Position numbers and translations under genes: made by a program
Source: Nitrospirota bacterium
GTDB taxonomy: Bacteria > Nitrospirota > Thermodesulfovibrionia > Thermodesulfovibrionales > UBA9159
Length of the DNA: 64,000 bases
Direction: 5' to 3'
NCBI GenBank assembly: GCA_963699545.1
Contig: CAVOUE010000006.1
Location: 320,001 to 384,000, forward strand
Notes under the pieces: generated by a model
Seen by the model: only the letters and a program-made list of their open reading frames with translations
Told to the model about the DNA's origin: nothing
The model's database searches: none
Shown here: positions 19,460 through 29,850 of the stretch, piece after piece
Position numbering within the stretch: the first letter of the stretch is position 1
How the letters are laid out: every line of letters begins with the position of its first letter

Positions 19460-20851
19460 CCTTCGCCCTGCATCCTCTTCAGGAGTTCTTCACCGGCCTT
19501 CCAGACATCACCGGCGCCGATGGTCAGGAACAGGTCATGGGGTCTCAGCCTTTTCATGATGGTTTCCGCAAGCATGTTCCTGTCGGTGAGAGAGACCACA
19601 TCCTTGTGCCCGCTCTCCTTTATCGCCTTTACCACGGCGCCCGCGTTCACCCCCTCTATGGGCTTTTCACCGGCGCGGTAGATATCCATCACGAAGAGGA
19701 CATCGGCATCTGAAAAAGAATTCCCGAACTCATGGAGGAGGTCCCTTGTACGGGTGTATCGGTGGGGCTGAAAGAGCACAAAAACCCTTCCCGTTTTGCC
19801 GTCGGAACAAGTCAGGGACTCCTGCGCCGCCTTCAGGGTTGCCCGGATCTCTGCAGGATGATGCCCATAGTCGTCAAAGAACTTGATGCCATCCGCCTCA
19901 CCCTTGAACTCGAATCTCCTCTGTATACCGCTGAAACCCTGCAACGCTTCCCTTATTCTCGGGAATTCAACCTTCAGTTCCATGGCAACGATGATGCTCG
20001 CGAGGCAGTTGAGGATGCTGTGCATCCCGGGCATCGGGAGGAGAAAACGTCCCATGTCATTTCCTTTGTACTTCACATCAAAGCTCACGGACAGGAATCC
20101 CTTTTCCACGTTGGTAGCAAGAACATCCGCATCTCCTGAAAGGCCGTACGTGATATATCTTCTGTGCACCCTGGGGAGGATCTCGCGGATGAGTTCATTT
20201 TCGATGCAGAGAATGGAGAGACCGTAAAAGGGAACCTTATTGATGAAAGAGACAAAGGCATCCTTCAGGGCGTCCATTGTTCTGAAGAAGTCCATATGTT
20301 CCCTGTCGATATTTGTCACCACCGCAATGGTGGGGGTAAGCTTGAGGAATGATCCGTCACTCTCGTCCGCCTCCGCAATGATGAAGTTCTCCCTTGCCGA
20401 GACGGGCGTTGCTTCCCGTTGCCATGAGTTTACCGCCGATCACCACCGTCGGATCAAAGCCGGCATGACCGAGGATGGTGGCGATGAGGGAAGTAGTAGT
20501 GGTCTTACCGTGCGCTCCGGCTATGAGTATCCCGTACTTTAATCTCCCCAGCTCGGCGAGCATCTCAGCCCTGGGGATCACCGGGACAGACCTTTCCCGC
20601 GCGGCAACCACCTCAGGATTTTCGACCGAAACGGCGGATGAGATCACGACCACATGAGCGTCGTTGATGTTTTCCGGTCTGTGGCCTATGAAAACCTTTA
20701 TACCGAGATATCTCAGCCTCGTCACGGTGTCGGACTCCTTCAGGTCAGAGCCGGTCACTTCATATCCCAGATTATGCAAGACTTCCGCGATCCCGCTCAT
20801 GCCTATGCCTCCGATACCCACAAAATGAATGGTCCTGTATCGTTCAAACAT
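19456..20851 (-). CDS. murC: UDP-N-acetylmuramate--L-alanine ligase; apparent +1 frameshift near 20387
   Basis: [11 protein letters not shown] and GAHGKTTTT; removing one A restores [22 protein letters not shown] and FQPHRYTR motifs. Confidence 0.95.
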
Positions 20852-22021
20852 TTTTCCTCGGTCCGTCCGCCGCCCCTGCCGTGCCAGCGCCTTTCCTGTC
20901 CCCCGATCTATGCCCGGCGATCGCCGTATTCTTTATCAGACTCATCACGATCTCCACGATCTTCTGCGCGGCATCAGGCCTTCCGAGGGACCTGCTTGAC
21001 CCCTCCATCTCGGAGCGTATTCCGGCATTGTCAAAAAGATCTCTTATGTTCCTTGCAAGGGTTTCCGAATCGAGCTCGTGGTCAAGAATGACCCGGGCAG
21101 CACCCATCTCGGAAAGCCTTCGGGCGTTCAATTCCTGGTGATTGCCTGCTGCATGGGGATAGGGGACAAGTATTGCGGGCCTGCCCACGGCGGTCAATTC
21201 GGCCAGGGTGGTAGCTCCGGCCCTGGATACCACGATATCCGCCACTGCGTAAGCCTCAGGCATCTGATGGATGAATGCCGCCACCGTGCCCTTGATCCCC
21301 CACTTCCGGTATGTTCTCCCTCACGACGTCATAGTCGCCTTTCCCCGTCTGATGGAGAAACTGGATCTTTTCCCTGATATCGCTGATGCTGGAAAAGGCT
21401 CCGCAGACCGCGTTATTGATCTTTCTCGCTCCAAGGCTCCCTCCAAACACAAACACGGTGAACCTGCCTCTCTCGAGACCGAAGAGTTCATATGCTGACT
21501 GTCTGCTGGCGTTCAGTATCTTCCGCCTCACCGGATTCCCGGTTATATAGGTCTTGTTCCTCGGGAAAAAAGAGAGGCTCTCATGGTAGGTCACACAGAC
21601 GATATCAGCAAAACGGCCGAGGATCTTGTTGGCGAGCCCCGGCACTGAGTTCTGCTCCATGATGAGCGTGGGTATTCTGAGCAGGGGTCCCGCAAATGCC
21701 GGAGCAAAGGATGCATAACCGCCGAGGCCGATCAGTGCATCAGGTTTCAGCTCCTTCAGCATCACGTAGGAGTCATAGAGGGAAAAAACCGTTTTTATCC
21801 CGGCCCTGGCCTTCTTCATGAGCGATCTCCCCGCAATTCCTTCAGCCTTCAAGTACCGAATGGGGTACCCTTCCCCGCGGGACGATAGACGCCTCGATGC
21901 CGTGCTCCGTCCCAATAAAGATCACCTCTGTGGACCCGTCCACTCTCTTCAACTCCTCGGCTATGGCAATCCCAGGGAAGAGATGTCCTCCCGTCCCCCC
22001 GCCCGCCAGCACTATCTTCAC
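20844..22021 (-). CDS. murG: Lipid II GlcNAc transferase; two apparent +1 frameshifts (about 21875 and 21315)
   Basis: GTG 22021 gives [17 protein letters not shown]; later frames give [33 protein letters not shown] and HQELNA. Confidence 0.95.
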
Positions 22022-23235
22022 AAATTCCCCCGACCATTCGCTCTTCCGTAACGGCTCAGCGCGTACCCGCGACCGTATACCGACACCATCGCTTTTTTCT
22101 TCTCGATGAGCCCCTCTGTCTTGTCAATAACTCTCCGCACCTCATCCCCCCTGGAGAGCCTCAGGAGCAGTCCCACGGCCACCATGTTCATCAGGAGGGA
22201 GGAGCCGCCATAGCTGACAAAGGGAAGGGGAAGCCCCTTTGTGGGAACAAGCCCTGTGGTGACGCAGAAGTTAATCAGCGCCTGAAGCGCGATCATCATC
22301 GAAAGACCCGACGCAAGATAGTATCCGAAGGGTTCCTTTGTCCTGTTTGCGATAGAGACACCCCTCAGGAACATCAACAGAAAGAGGCAGACGACGAAGC
22401 CTGCGCCGATAAAGCCAAGCTCTTCCCCCACAAGGGAAAAGATGAAATCCGTGTGGGATTCGGGGAGGAAGGCGAGCTTCTGCTTGCTCTCTCCCAGGCC
22501 TATCCCCTTGACACCGCCGCTCCCGAGGGCAATGAACGACTGTACAAGCTGGAATCCCGAGCCCTGGGAGTCTTTCCATGGATCGAGAAACGCGAGTATC
22601 CTCTTCAACCGGTAAGGCTCCATGGCGAGTTTTATAGAGACGGGTACCAGCAAAAGACCGAGCATCATGACATACCGCAGGCGTATGCCGGAGAGAATCA
22701 GCATCGTAACAGTAAGGATACAGAGGCTCATGGCGGCGCCAAAATCAGGCTGCTTAAGGAAGACCGCCTGGAAGAGTCCCATTATGCCGACAGGGACGAG
22801 GAACGAGATGATACTGTCGGTCTTATAGGAAGGCATGGACATGTACTTCGCAAGGAATATGACCATGGCGAGCTTCACCAGCTCAGAGGGCTGGAACGTG
22901 GACGGCCAGAGCCTGATCCACCTTCTCGCCCCGCCGGCGCTGATCCCGACCTTGGGGATAAAGACAAGGATAAGGAGTATGAACGAAAATACCAGCAGGG
23001 GGATCGCCGCTCTTTTCAGAAGCCCGGGGTTGGTCCTGTAAGCAATGTACATGAAGGTCGAACCCATGATCATGGTAAAGATATGCCTCTTGAAGTAAAA
23101 GAAGGGGGTGACATTCTTTTTCGCAAGAACAGGGGTAACCACGGAAGTGGAGCTGTAGATCATGATAGAACCAAAAATGACAAGGACAACCGTTATGAGG
23201 AGAAGCCACCGGTCATGGCAACGGTTGTTCACCAT
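22018..23235 (-). CDS. ftsW: SEDS peptidoglycan polymerase FtsW
   Basis: [29 protein letters not shown] and PFVSYGGSS motifs. Confidence 0.97.
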   Translation of the reverse strand: MVNNRCHDRWLLLITVVLVIFGSIMIYSSTSVVTPVLAKKNVTPFFYFKRHIFTMIMGSTFMYIAYRTNPGLLKRAAIPLLVFSFILLILVFIPKVGISAGGARRWIRLWPSTFQPSELVKLAMVIFLAKYMSMPSYKTDSIISFLVPVGIMGLFQAVFLKQPDFGAAMSLCILTVTMLILSGIRLRYVMMLGLLLVPVSIKLAMEPYRLKRILAFLDPWKDSQGSGFQLVQSFIALGSGGVKGIGLGESKQKLAFLPESHTDFIFSLVGEELGFIGAGFVVCLFLLMFLRGVSIANRTKEPFGYYLASGLSMMIALQALINFCVTTGLVPTKGLPLPFVSYGGSSLLMNMVAVGLLLRLSRGDEVRRVIDKTEGLIEKKKAMVSVYGRGYALSRYGRANGRGNL

Positions 23236-24696
23236 CTAGGATAGCTCCGCGACAATCTTCTTGAACTGCTGCCCCCTGTCTTCGAAATCCCTGAACATAT
23301 CAAAGCTGGCGCATGCAGGGGAAAGGAGGACCACGTCCCCTCTCTTCGCCAGCTCCCTCGCCCTCTCCACCGCATCGCGCAGGTCAGAGGCAAGAACCGT
23401 ATCCGTCAGGTCACCCAGGGCAGCCCTGATCTTTTCGGCCGCTTCACCGATGAGGACCAGTGCCTTCACCTTTTCCCGTACAAGAGGTCTCAGTTGTCCG
23501 AAATCACCCGCCTTATCCCTGCCACCTGCGACAAGGATGACGGGTTCAAGGAATCCCTCGAGGGACTTCATTACGGCACCCACGTTGGTCCCCTTGGAGT
23601 CGTTCATATATCTCACTCCCTCCAGTTCCCTCACAAATTCAAGCCGATGTTCAAGGCCGGAGAATTCATGGAGTGCAGTCACGACAGCATCGGGGCTGCA
23701 CCCTGCAAGGAGAGCCATGGCCGAAGCGGCCATGGCATTCTCCAGGTTATGGACCCCTTTAATCCTGATCTCATCAGCATGGATTAGTGCTGAACGTTGA
23801 GCAACGAGTGTTGAGTCAGGAAAGTGACCGTAAAGTCTTCCCTCCCTTAGGTATATCCCATTCACCTCTTTATTGCGGCTAAAATAGAAGATGCGCGGTT
23901 TCTCACCCCTCACTCTCAACTTCCCTTTTTCAATTTTCTGCACTTCTGGATCATCAGCGTTCAGCACAAGAAAGTCATTTTCGCCCTGATTCCTGAAGAT
24001 GGCGGCCTTTGCGTTACTGTATTCGTCCATGGAATGATACCTGTCCAGATGATCGGGAGTTATGTTCAGGAGCGCAGCCCCCGTGGGCCTGAACTCATCG
24101 ATGGATTCCAGCTGAAAACTCGACACCTCCACAACTACAAAGTCAGGGGTCGAGTGTTGAGTGCCGCCCGATGAGTTCCCATTGCTCTTTACCCCTGACT
24201 CGCTACGCCTCACGGCCTTATGAATTTCCTCTGTCAGCGCGTTGCCGATATTGCCGCCCAGGAGGGTACTGAACCCTTCGCTCCTGAGCATTACGTCAAG
24301 AAGCGTCGTGGTAGTGGACTTACCGTTGCTGCCGGTGACCGCCAGAAACGGTATCTGACCTCCGGCTTCATGCTCCCAGCCTCTGGTCATCTCGTATGCA
24401 AGTTCAAGCTCTCCGATGATCTTAAGCCCCTTTTCCCTTGCCTTCGCTATAGGCCCGATCTCCAGCGAGACCCCCGGACTGACCACCACAAGGTCGGTCC
24501 CGTTCATCCTCTCGGGATACCCGCCGAGGCAGAGCTTCACCGAGGGAGAAAGCCGCTGAACGTATTCGCTGAGCTCCGCTTCGGGTTTCCTGTCCGTGAC
24601 CGTGACATCGGCTCCGGAGTCCGACAGCAGGTTCGCTGCGCCCACTCCGCTCCTGCCGAGGCCGAAGATGAGTATTTTTTTACCCCTTGTTTCCAC
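23236..24696 (-). CDS. murD: UDP-MurNAc-L-Ala--D-glutamate ligase with several small insertions
   Basis: GLGRSG, VTGSNGKSTTT, EVSSFQL, NDSKGTN and LLSPACASFDMF motifs. Confidence 0.97.
   Translation of the reverse strand: METRGKKILIFGLGRSGVGAANLLSDSGADVTVTDRKPEAELSEYVQRLSPSVKLCLGGYPERMNGTDLVVVSPGVSLEIGPIAKAREKGLKIIGELELAYEMTRGWEHEAGGQIPFLAVTGSNGKSTTTTLLDVMLRSEGFSTLLGGNIGNALTEEIHKAVRRSESGVKSNGNSSGGTQHSTPDFVVVEVSSFQLESIDEFRPTGAALLNITPDHLDRYHSMDEYSNAKAAIFRNQGENDFLVLNADDPEVQKIEKGKLRVRGEKPRIFYFSRNKEVNGIYLREGRLYGHFPDSTLVAQRSALIHADEIRIKGVHNLENAMAASAMALLAGCSPDAVVTALHEFSGLEHRLEFVRELEGVRYMNDSKGTNVGAVMKSLEGFLEPVILVAGGRDKAGDFGQLRPLVREKVKALVLIGEAAEKIRAALGDLTDTVLASDLRDAVERARELAKRGDVVLLSPACASFDMFRDFEDRGQQFKKIVAELS
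24141..24216. repeat. Inverted heptamer tracts in frame within murD
   Basis: AGTCAGGGGT (24141-24150) / ACCCCTGACT (24191-24200) perfect 10-bp inverted repeat within 7-periodic sequence; encodes RRSESGVKSNGNSSGGTQHSTPD. Confidence 0.65.
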
Positions 24697-25786
24697 CGGA
24701 TTCCTTTGCCTCCGCCTTTGCGTTCTCCTTTGCCTTATGTTTTTTCGCGTATTTGCCGGACTTGGTTTTCGCCTTCTTCTTCGTTATCTTTTTCTGAGCC
24801 TGTTTGCCCGGCGCTTCCTTCACTTCCGAGGTCTTCACACTGTAGGAAGCCGGACGAACAGAGGATTTATAATCAGACTTCGTGAAATACATCACCGGGT
24901 CTTCCTTTCCGTTCATGATGGCAAAGCCTTTCTCCATCAATACTTCCGATTCCTTCCATAATGTTCCCCTGCTCGGCGCACCCAGCAATGCAGCAATAAC
25001 CGTCTCATTTCCCTGCTCACTGGCACAAACAAAACAGTGTTTCGCCTCCCTCGTATAGCCCGTCTTGCCGCCGAGGATTGTCTCGTCAGCCCAGAGAAGT
25101 CTGTTGCTGTTCTTGATAAAGATGGACCTGCCATTCTCCGTGGAGATACGGCTCGCCTTGGTGTTGATAATCTCCCGGACAAGAGGATATCTGAGGGCAT
25201 GCCGCAGCATCCTGGCAAGGTCATACGCCGTGGTGTACTGACCATGTCCCGGCAATCCGGTTGAATTGACAAAATAGCTGTCGGACATTCCCAGTGCGAT
25301 CACCTTCTGATTCATAAGTTCCACAAACTTCTCCTCTGAATCTGCCACCGCCTCTGCCAGGGCAAAGGCCGCATCATTGGCGGATTTAATAAGCGCTGCG
25401 TTCAGGAGCGTCTCGACCGATACTTTCTCTCCTGTCTTGAAATTCGCCTTGACGGGTGAGACACCGGCAGCCCGCTCGCTTATGGTGACCGTATCAGCAG
25501 GGTTCAGCCGGTCAAGGGCTATCATGGCAGTCATGAGCTTCGTAGTACTTGCGGGGGGGAGTTTCAGGTTCGGGTTTTTTCCGTAAAGGATCCTCCCCGT
25601 GGACGCCTCCATCACCACCGCGGACTTGGAACTGATCTCGGCAGCGTATGATGTCAAACAGAATGCGTGAAACGTGAAGAGTAAAAAGAAAATGAACAAC
25701 GGGATGTTTCCTTTTTGATCATGGAACTTTGTCGCCTCGGGCGACTCGCCGGGGCGAGAACTTTGAACGTTGAACTGTTGCTTCAT
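24680..25786 (-). CDS. Peptidase S11 family D-alanyl-D-alanine carboxy/endopeptidase with Lys-rich tail
   Basis: PASTTK (SxxK), SAN (SxN) and GGKTGYT (KTG) motifs; ATG 25786 just after the mraY stop. Confidence 0.9.
   Translation of the reverse strand: MKQQFNVQSSRPGESPEATKFHDQKGNIPLFIFFLLFTFHAFCLTSYAAEISSKSAVVMEASTGRILYGKNPNLKLPPASTTKLMTAMIALDRLNPADTVTISERAAGVSPVKANFKTGEKVSVETLLNAALIKSANDAAFALAEAVADSEEKFVELMNQKVIALGMSDSYFVNSTGLPGHGQYTTAYDLARMLRHALRYPLVREIINTKASRISTENGRSIFIKNSNRLLWADETILGGKTGYTREAKHCFVCASEQGNETVIAALLGAPSRGTLWKESEVLMEKGFAIMNGKEDPVMYFTKSDYKSSVRPASYSVKTSEVKEAPGKQAQKKITKKKAKTKSGKYAKKHKAKENAKAEAKESGGNKG
25724..25775. repeat. Palindrome/heptamer element in the 5' coding region of the S11 peptidase
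   Basis: GTCGCC-TCG-GGCGAC and TCGCC-GG-GGCGA hairpins flanked by GAACTTT / TTTGAAC-GTTGAAC heptamers. Confidence 0.75.
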
Positions 25787-25788
25787 TT

Positions 25789-26871
25789 TCACCTCACCTT
25801 CAATGTTGTAAGGCTTAAGAGGGCAAGCACGATCCCCACGATCCAGAACCTGACGATCACCTTGGGTTCCGGCCATCCCTTCAATTCGAAGTGGTGATGG
25901 ATCGGCGCCATCTTAAATATCCTTTTCCCTGTCATTTTAAATGATGCCACCTGAAGAATGACCGATAAGGTCTCTATCACGAAGATCCCACCCACCAAAG
26001 CGAGCACGATCTCGTGTTTTGTTATTACCGCCAGCGTCCCCAGGGTGCCGCCAAGGCCCAGCGACCCCACATCACCCATGAAGACATCGGCAGGATATGA
26101 GTTATACCAGAGAAATCCCAGGGCTGCGCCGAGCAGTGCTCCGCAAAAGACAGTAAGCTCGCCTGTACCGGGAAGGTAGAGCACCTGGAGATACTGCGCA
26201 AGGTTCTTGTTCCCGGAAATATAGACCAGGGCTCCATTGGCCAGCACCGCGATGCTTACAAGGCCTGTGGCCAGGCCGTCGATACCGTCGGTGAGATTCA
26301 CCGCATTGGATGAGCCCACGATGACAACAATGGAGAACGGGATGTAGAACCAGCCTAGGTCGAACAACCACTTCTTAAAGAACGGAATGCTCAGTACATC
26401 ATTGTAAGGATCCTTGGGGTTCATATAGAGGAAGACGCCGATAAGAAGCGCCAGGAGGAGCTGCGAACCGAACTTGTACCAGCCCCTCAGTCCTCTATGG
26501 TTCTGCTTCATCACCTTAAGGTAATCATCCACAAGACCTATGGCTCCGAACCCTACGAGGGAAAGGAGCATTACCCAGATATACATGTTCCTCAGATCAC
26601 CCCACAGGAGCACAGAGAGGACCACGGATCCTATGATGAGAATCCCTCCCATGGTGGGCGTACCGGACTTGACAGCATGCGTCCCGGGCCCGTCATCCCT
26701 GATCTGCTGTGTCAGGCTCAGTCGCCTCAGCCGCGCCACGATCCAGGGGCCGAAGACAAAAGTGATCAGCATCGCGGTCATGATAGCAACAGCCGTCCTG
26801 AAGGTGATATATCTGAATACATTCAGGGGAGAAAAAACATCGCGAAGGCTGAAGAGGAGACTATAGAGCAT
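25789..26871 (-). CDS. mraY: Phospho-N-acetylmuramoyl-pentapeptide transferase
   Basis: KSGTPTMGG, NAVNLTDGIDGL, FMGDVGS and MAPIHHHFE motifs. Confidence 0.98.
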   Translation of the reverse strand: MLYSLLFSLRDVFSPLNVFRYITFRTAVAIMTAMLITFVFGPWIVARLRRLSLTQQIRDDGPGTHAVKSGTPTMGGILIIGSVVLSVLLWGDLRNMYIWVMLLSLVGFGAIGLVDDYLKVMKQNHRGLRGWYKFGSQLLLALLIGVFLYMNPKDPYNDVLSIPFFKKWLFDLGWFYIPFSIVVIVGSSNAVNLTDGIDGLATGLVSIAVLANGALVYISGNKNLAQYLQVLYLPGTGELTVFCGALLGAALGFLWYNSYPADVFMGDVGSLGLGGTLGTLAVITKHEIVLALVGGIFVIETLSVILQVASFKMTGKRIFKMAPIHHHFELKGWPEPKVIVRFWIVGIVLALLSLTTLKVR

Positions 26872-28306
26872 TTCCGATCTCCTTCATGCCGGCGATGGTA
26901 TCACGGGAACCCCCGCAAGAAATGCCCGCGTTGTTCCCCAGTACCCTTTCCATCTTCATCGCCCTTGAGCCTTTCACAAGAACGGTATCTCCCGTCCCGC
27001 AGATGCCAAGGAGCATCCTTCCTGCCTCCGCAGAGTTCGATACCGCGACAACACGGCAGGATCCAGAGTTCTTTCCGCGCGAGGCGGAAAATTCCTCTGC
27101 TGCCTTCTCCATCATTTCACCCACTGCAATGAACACATCCACCGGAAGCCCCGACATCCATTTTCCGAGCCTTCGGTGAGCCTCTTCTGCATAGGCGCCC
27201 AGCTCGAGCATGTCTCCGAGGACCGCGATGGCCCTGTTCTTTCTCACTCTCACCAGTTCCTTTACCGCCTCTTCCATGGATGCCGGGTTTGCATTGTAAA
27301 CATCGCTTATGACCGCGGCGCCGAAAAGTTCCTTGAACTCAAACCTCATGGGTACGCCGGCGAACGACTCTATTCCCCTTTTTATCTCCTCCAGCCCCAT
27401 GCCCAGCACGGTGCATACGGATGCGGCGGCAAGGGCATTGGAGACATTGAACCTCCCCGGGATATTTATGGTAACGTTCACGTATTTCTTGCCGACACAA
27501 AGGGTGAAAACCGAACGCCGCTCTTCCAGTTCTATATCCTGCGCGTATACATCAGCAGCGCCGCTCATACCGAAGGTGACCCGCTCAGGTCCCCTGCTTC
27601 CTCCCGTCCTTCCAGAGACTCCTTCCATAAGGAAACGGTCATCGGCGTTCAGCACAATGGTCTTTACCGCATCGTAGAGTTCCAGTTTCGTACTCCGCAC
27701 CATCTCCAGGCTTCCGAACCCTTCAAGGTGTGCCGGCCCGATGTTGGTAATGACCCCGTAATCGGGGAGAGCGATGTCGCATAGCTCCCGTATGTCACCC
27801 GGGATGCTGGCGCCCATCTCCATCACCGCAAATTCATCGCCCTCTCCCATCCCCGTGAGGCTCAACGGCAGCCCTATCTGGTTATTGAGGTTCCCCGCAT
27901 TCTTCATGACCTTATGCTGAACCCCCAGTATTGACGCAATGAGTTCCTTCGTAGTCGTCTTTCCGTTTGTTCCTGTGATGCCGATCACCGTGGCGCGACT
28001 TTTCAGCCTGACATGTCGGGCGATATCCTGAAGGGCCCTCAGGGTGTTCTTCACATGGAGGATCGTCCTTCCCCTGACCGGAGCAACCGCCGGATCGCTC
28101 ACCACAGCCCCCCTTCCCTTCCTCATGGCATCCATGACAAAGTCGTGGCCGTCGAATCTCTCGCCTTTGAGAGCAATGAAGAGTTCCCCTTCCCTGATAC
28201 TCCTGGAGTCAATCGAAACCCCGGTAAAGGAAGTCCCTTCGGGAGTCTCGCAGACCACCCTTCCGCCCGTGGCGTTGATTATTTCCTTAAGCGTCAAAGC
28301 TCCCAT
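26861..28306 (-). CDS. murF: UDP-MurNAc-tripeptide--D-Ala-D-Ala ligase
   Basis: ITGTNGKTTTKE, NLNNQIGLP, DVYNANP, LGDMLELG and VLVKGSR motifs. Confidence 0.97.
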   Translation of the reverse strand: MGALTLKEIINATGGRVVCETPEGTSFTGVSIDSRSIREGELFIALKGERFDGHDFVMDAMRKGRGAVVSDPAVAPVRGRTILHVKNTLRALQDIARHVRLKSRATVIGITGTNGKTTTKELIASILGVQHKVMKNAGNLNNQIGLPLSLTGMGEGDEFAVMEMGASIPGDIRELCDIALPDYGVITNIGPAHLEGFGSLEMVRSTKLELYDAVKTIVLNADDRFLMEGVSGRTGGSRGPERVTFGMSGAADVYAQDIELEERRSVFTLCVGKKYVNVTINIPGRFNVSNALAAASVCTVLGMGLEEIKRGIESFAGVPMRFEFKELFGAAVISDVYNANPASMEEAVKELVRVRKNRAIAVLGDMLELGAYAEEAHRRLGKWMSGLPVDVFIAVGEMMEKAAEEFSASRGKNSGSCRVVAVSNSAEAGRMLLGICGTGDTVLVKGSRAMKMERVLGNNAGISCGGSRDTIAGMKEIGNAL

Positions 28307-28311
28307 GGACT

Positions 28312-29850
28312 TTATGTATGCCTGCTCCCTTCCATCCTGTTCTTTATCACCTCTTCCACGATCTCCCGGTCACTGAACCTGTAGCGCATTCCCTTTATCT
28401 CCTGATACTCTTCGTGTCCCTTCCCTGCGATGAGCAGAATGTCTCCCGCCCGCGCCTTTTCCACCGCGAAATACAGAGCATCCCGCCTGTCAGGAACCGG
28501 GGCATGATTGTCCCTTGCTATACCGGAAACTATCTCCCCTATTATCTGGCCGGGGTCCTCACTCCTCGGATTGTCTGACGTTATGATCACAAAGTCGCTG
28601 AGCCGCGTGGCGATCTCCCCCATGACCGGCCTTTTCCCCCTGTCCCTGTCGCCCCCGCAACCGAACACGGTTATGATGCGGCCGGGTCCGTCCTTGTCAT
28701 GCAGGAGTTCTCTTGCGGTAAGGATCAACCGTTCCAGCGCATCGGGAGTATGGGCATAGTCAACGATGCAGAGGAAATCCTGACCCGCGTCCACCCGTTC
28801 GAGCCTCCCTCGCACGTTTTTTATGTTCCTGATCCCTTCCTGTATCACCTCCACCGGGATATGTAAGGCAATACCCACAGAAGTTGCCGCCAGAATATTA
28901 TAGACGTTGGGGATACCGATCAAGGGAGAATCCATGTGGTATGTCCTGCCTTCGGAGGTCAACGTGAACGAAACTCCTGTAAGAGACTCCTCCTTCTGCG
29001 AAGCGAAGATATCCGCCTTCCTGTCCATGCCGTAGGTGATTATTGCAGGGCATCCACTCCCTTGATCAGCGACACCCGGGCCTTCCTTAAGATCGGCGAG
29101 CAGCGCTCTTCCCCACTCATCGTCCACATTGATCACTGCCGTCCCTGCCTCCGTCAGCAGTTCGGTAAATAAACGCTCCTTCGCTCCAAAATAGCTCTCC
29201 ATCGTCTCATGAAAATCGAGATGATCCCTTGTAAGGTTCGTAAAGACTACGACCACGAACCGCGTATGATCCACCCTCCTCTGGGAAAGGGAATGGGATG
29301 ATACCTCGCTTACCACATGGCTGCAGCCTGCAGAGGCCATCTCGCGGAGAAGGCCCTGGAACTCCAGGGCCTCAGGGGTAGTGTGGAGTGCGGGATACGG
29401 TTTGTCGCCGATAAGGTAAGTGATGGTGCCGATGAGACCTGCTTTCTTTTGCCATGCCTCGAGTATTGATTTGATAAGATAGCTCGTTGTGGTCTTCCCG
29501 TTGGTGCCGGTGACACCGATGACCGAGATATCCTCGGACGGACGTTCATAAAAATTATTCGCCATGCATGCGAGGGTCCTTCTGCTGTCATGAACGCGGA
29601 TAAAGACGGAAGATGGACCGGGGTGGGCGGTCTTTTCCCCCACTACCACCGCTGCACCATTCCTGACGGCATCACCAATAAACCTATGTCCGTCAAGATG
29701 CTCTCCCTTCACCGCAACAAACACACCGTTCTTTGTAACCTTCCTCGAATCACAGGCGATCCCCGGATACTCTGCGGTCAGGGTACCGCCGTCCTTATCC
29801 CCCGGTATCAGCTCATATTCACAGCCGGAAAGGACATCCCCCAGCTTCAT
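28312..29850 (-). CDS. murE: UDP-MurNAc-dipeptide--meso-DAP ligase
   Basis: GVTGTNGKTT, EVSSHSL, VDYAHTPD, DNPR (DAP-specific) and AGKGHE motifs. Confidence 0.97.
   Translation of the reverse strand: MKLGDVLSGCEYELIPGDKDGGTLTAEYPGIACDSRKVTKNGVFVAVKGEHLDGHRFIGDAVRNGAAVVVGEKTAHPGPSSVFIRVHDSRRTLACMANNFYERPSEDISVIGVTGTNGKTTTSYLIKSILEAWQKKAGLIGTITYLIGDKPYPALHTTPEALEFQGLLREMASAGCSHVVSEVSSHSLSQRRVDHTRFVVVVFTNLTRDHLDFHETMESYFGAKERLFTELLTEAGTAVINVDDEWGRALLADLKEGPGVADQGSGCPAIITYGMDRKADIFASQKEESLTGVSFTLTSEGRTYHMDSPLIGIPNVYNILAATSVGIALHIPVEVIQEGIRNIKNVRGRLERVDAGQDFLCIVDYAHTPDALERLILTARELLHDKDGPGRIITVFGCGGDRDRGKRPVMGEIATRLSDFVIITSDNPRSEDPGQIIGEIVSGIARDNHAPVPDRRDALYFAVEKARAGDILLIAGKGHEEYQEIKGMRYRFSDREIVEEVIKNRMEGSRHT

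Noticed and set aside
19456-22021. murC and murG as pseudogenes or programmed frameshifts
   Set aside because: Essential genes in an otherwise intact dcw cluster; single extra bases in short runs without slippery or stimulatory signals point to sequencing error.
29050-29090. Possible heptamer-derived insert in MurE (EGPGVADQGSG), plus odd linkers in MurF, MurG and FtsA
   Set aside because: Too degenerate to show periodicity without alignments.
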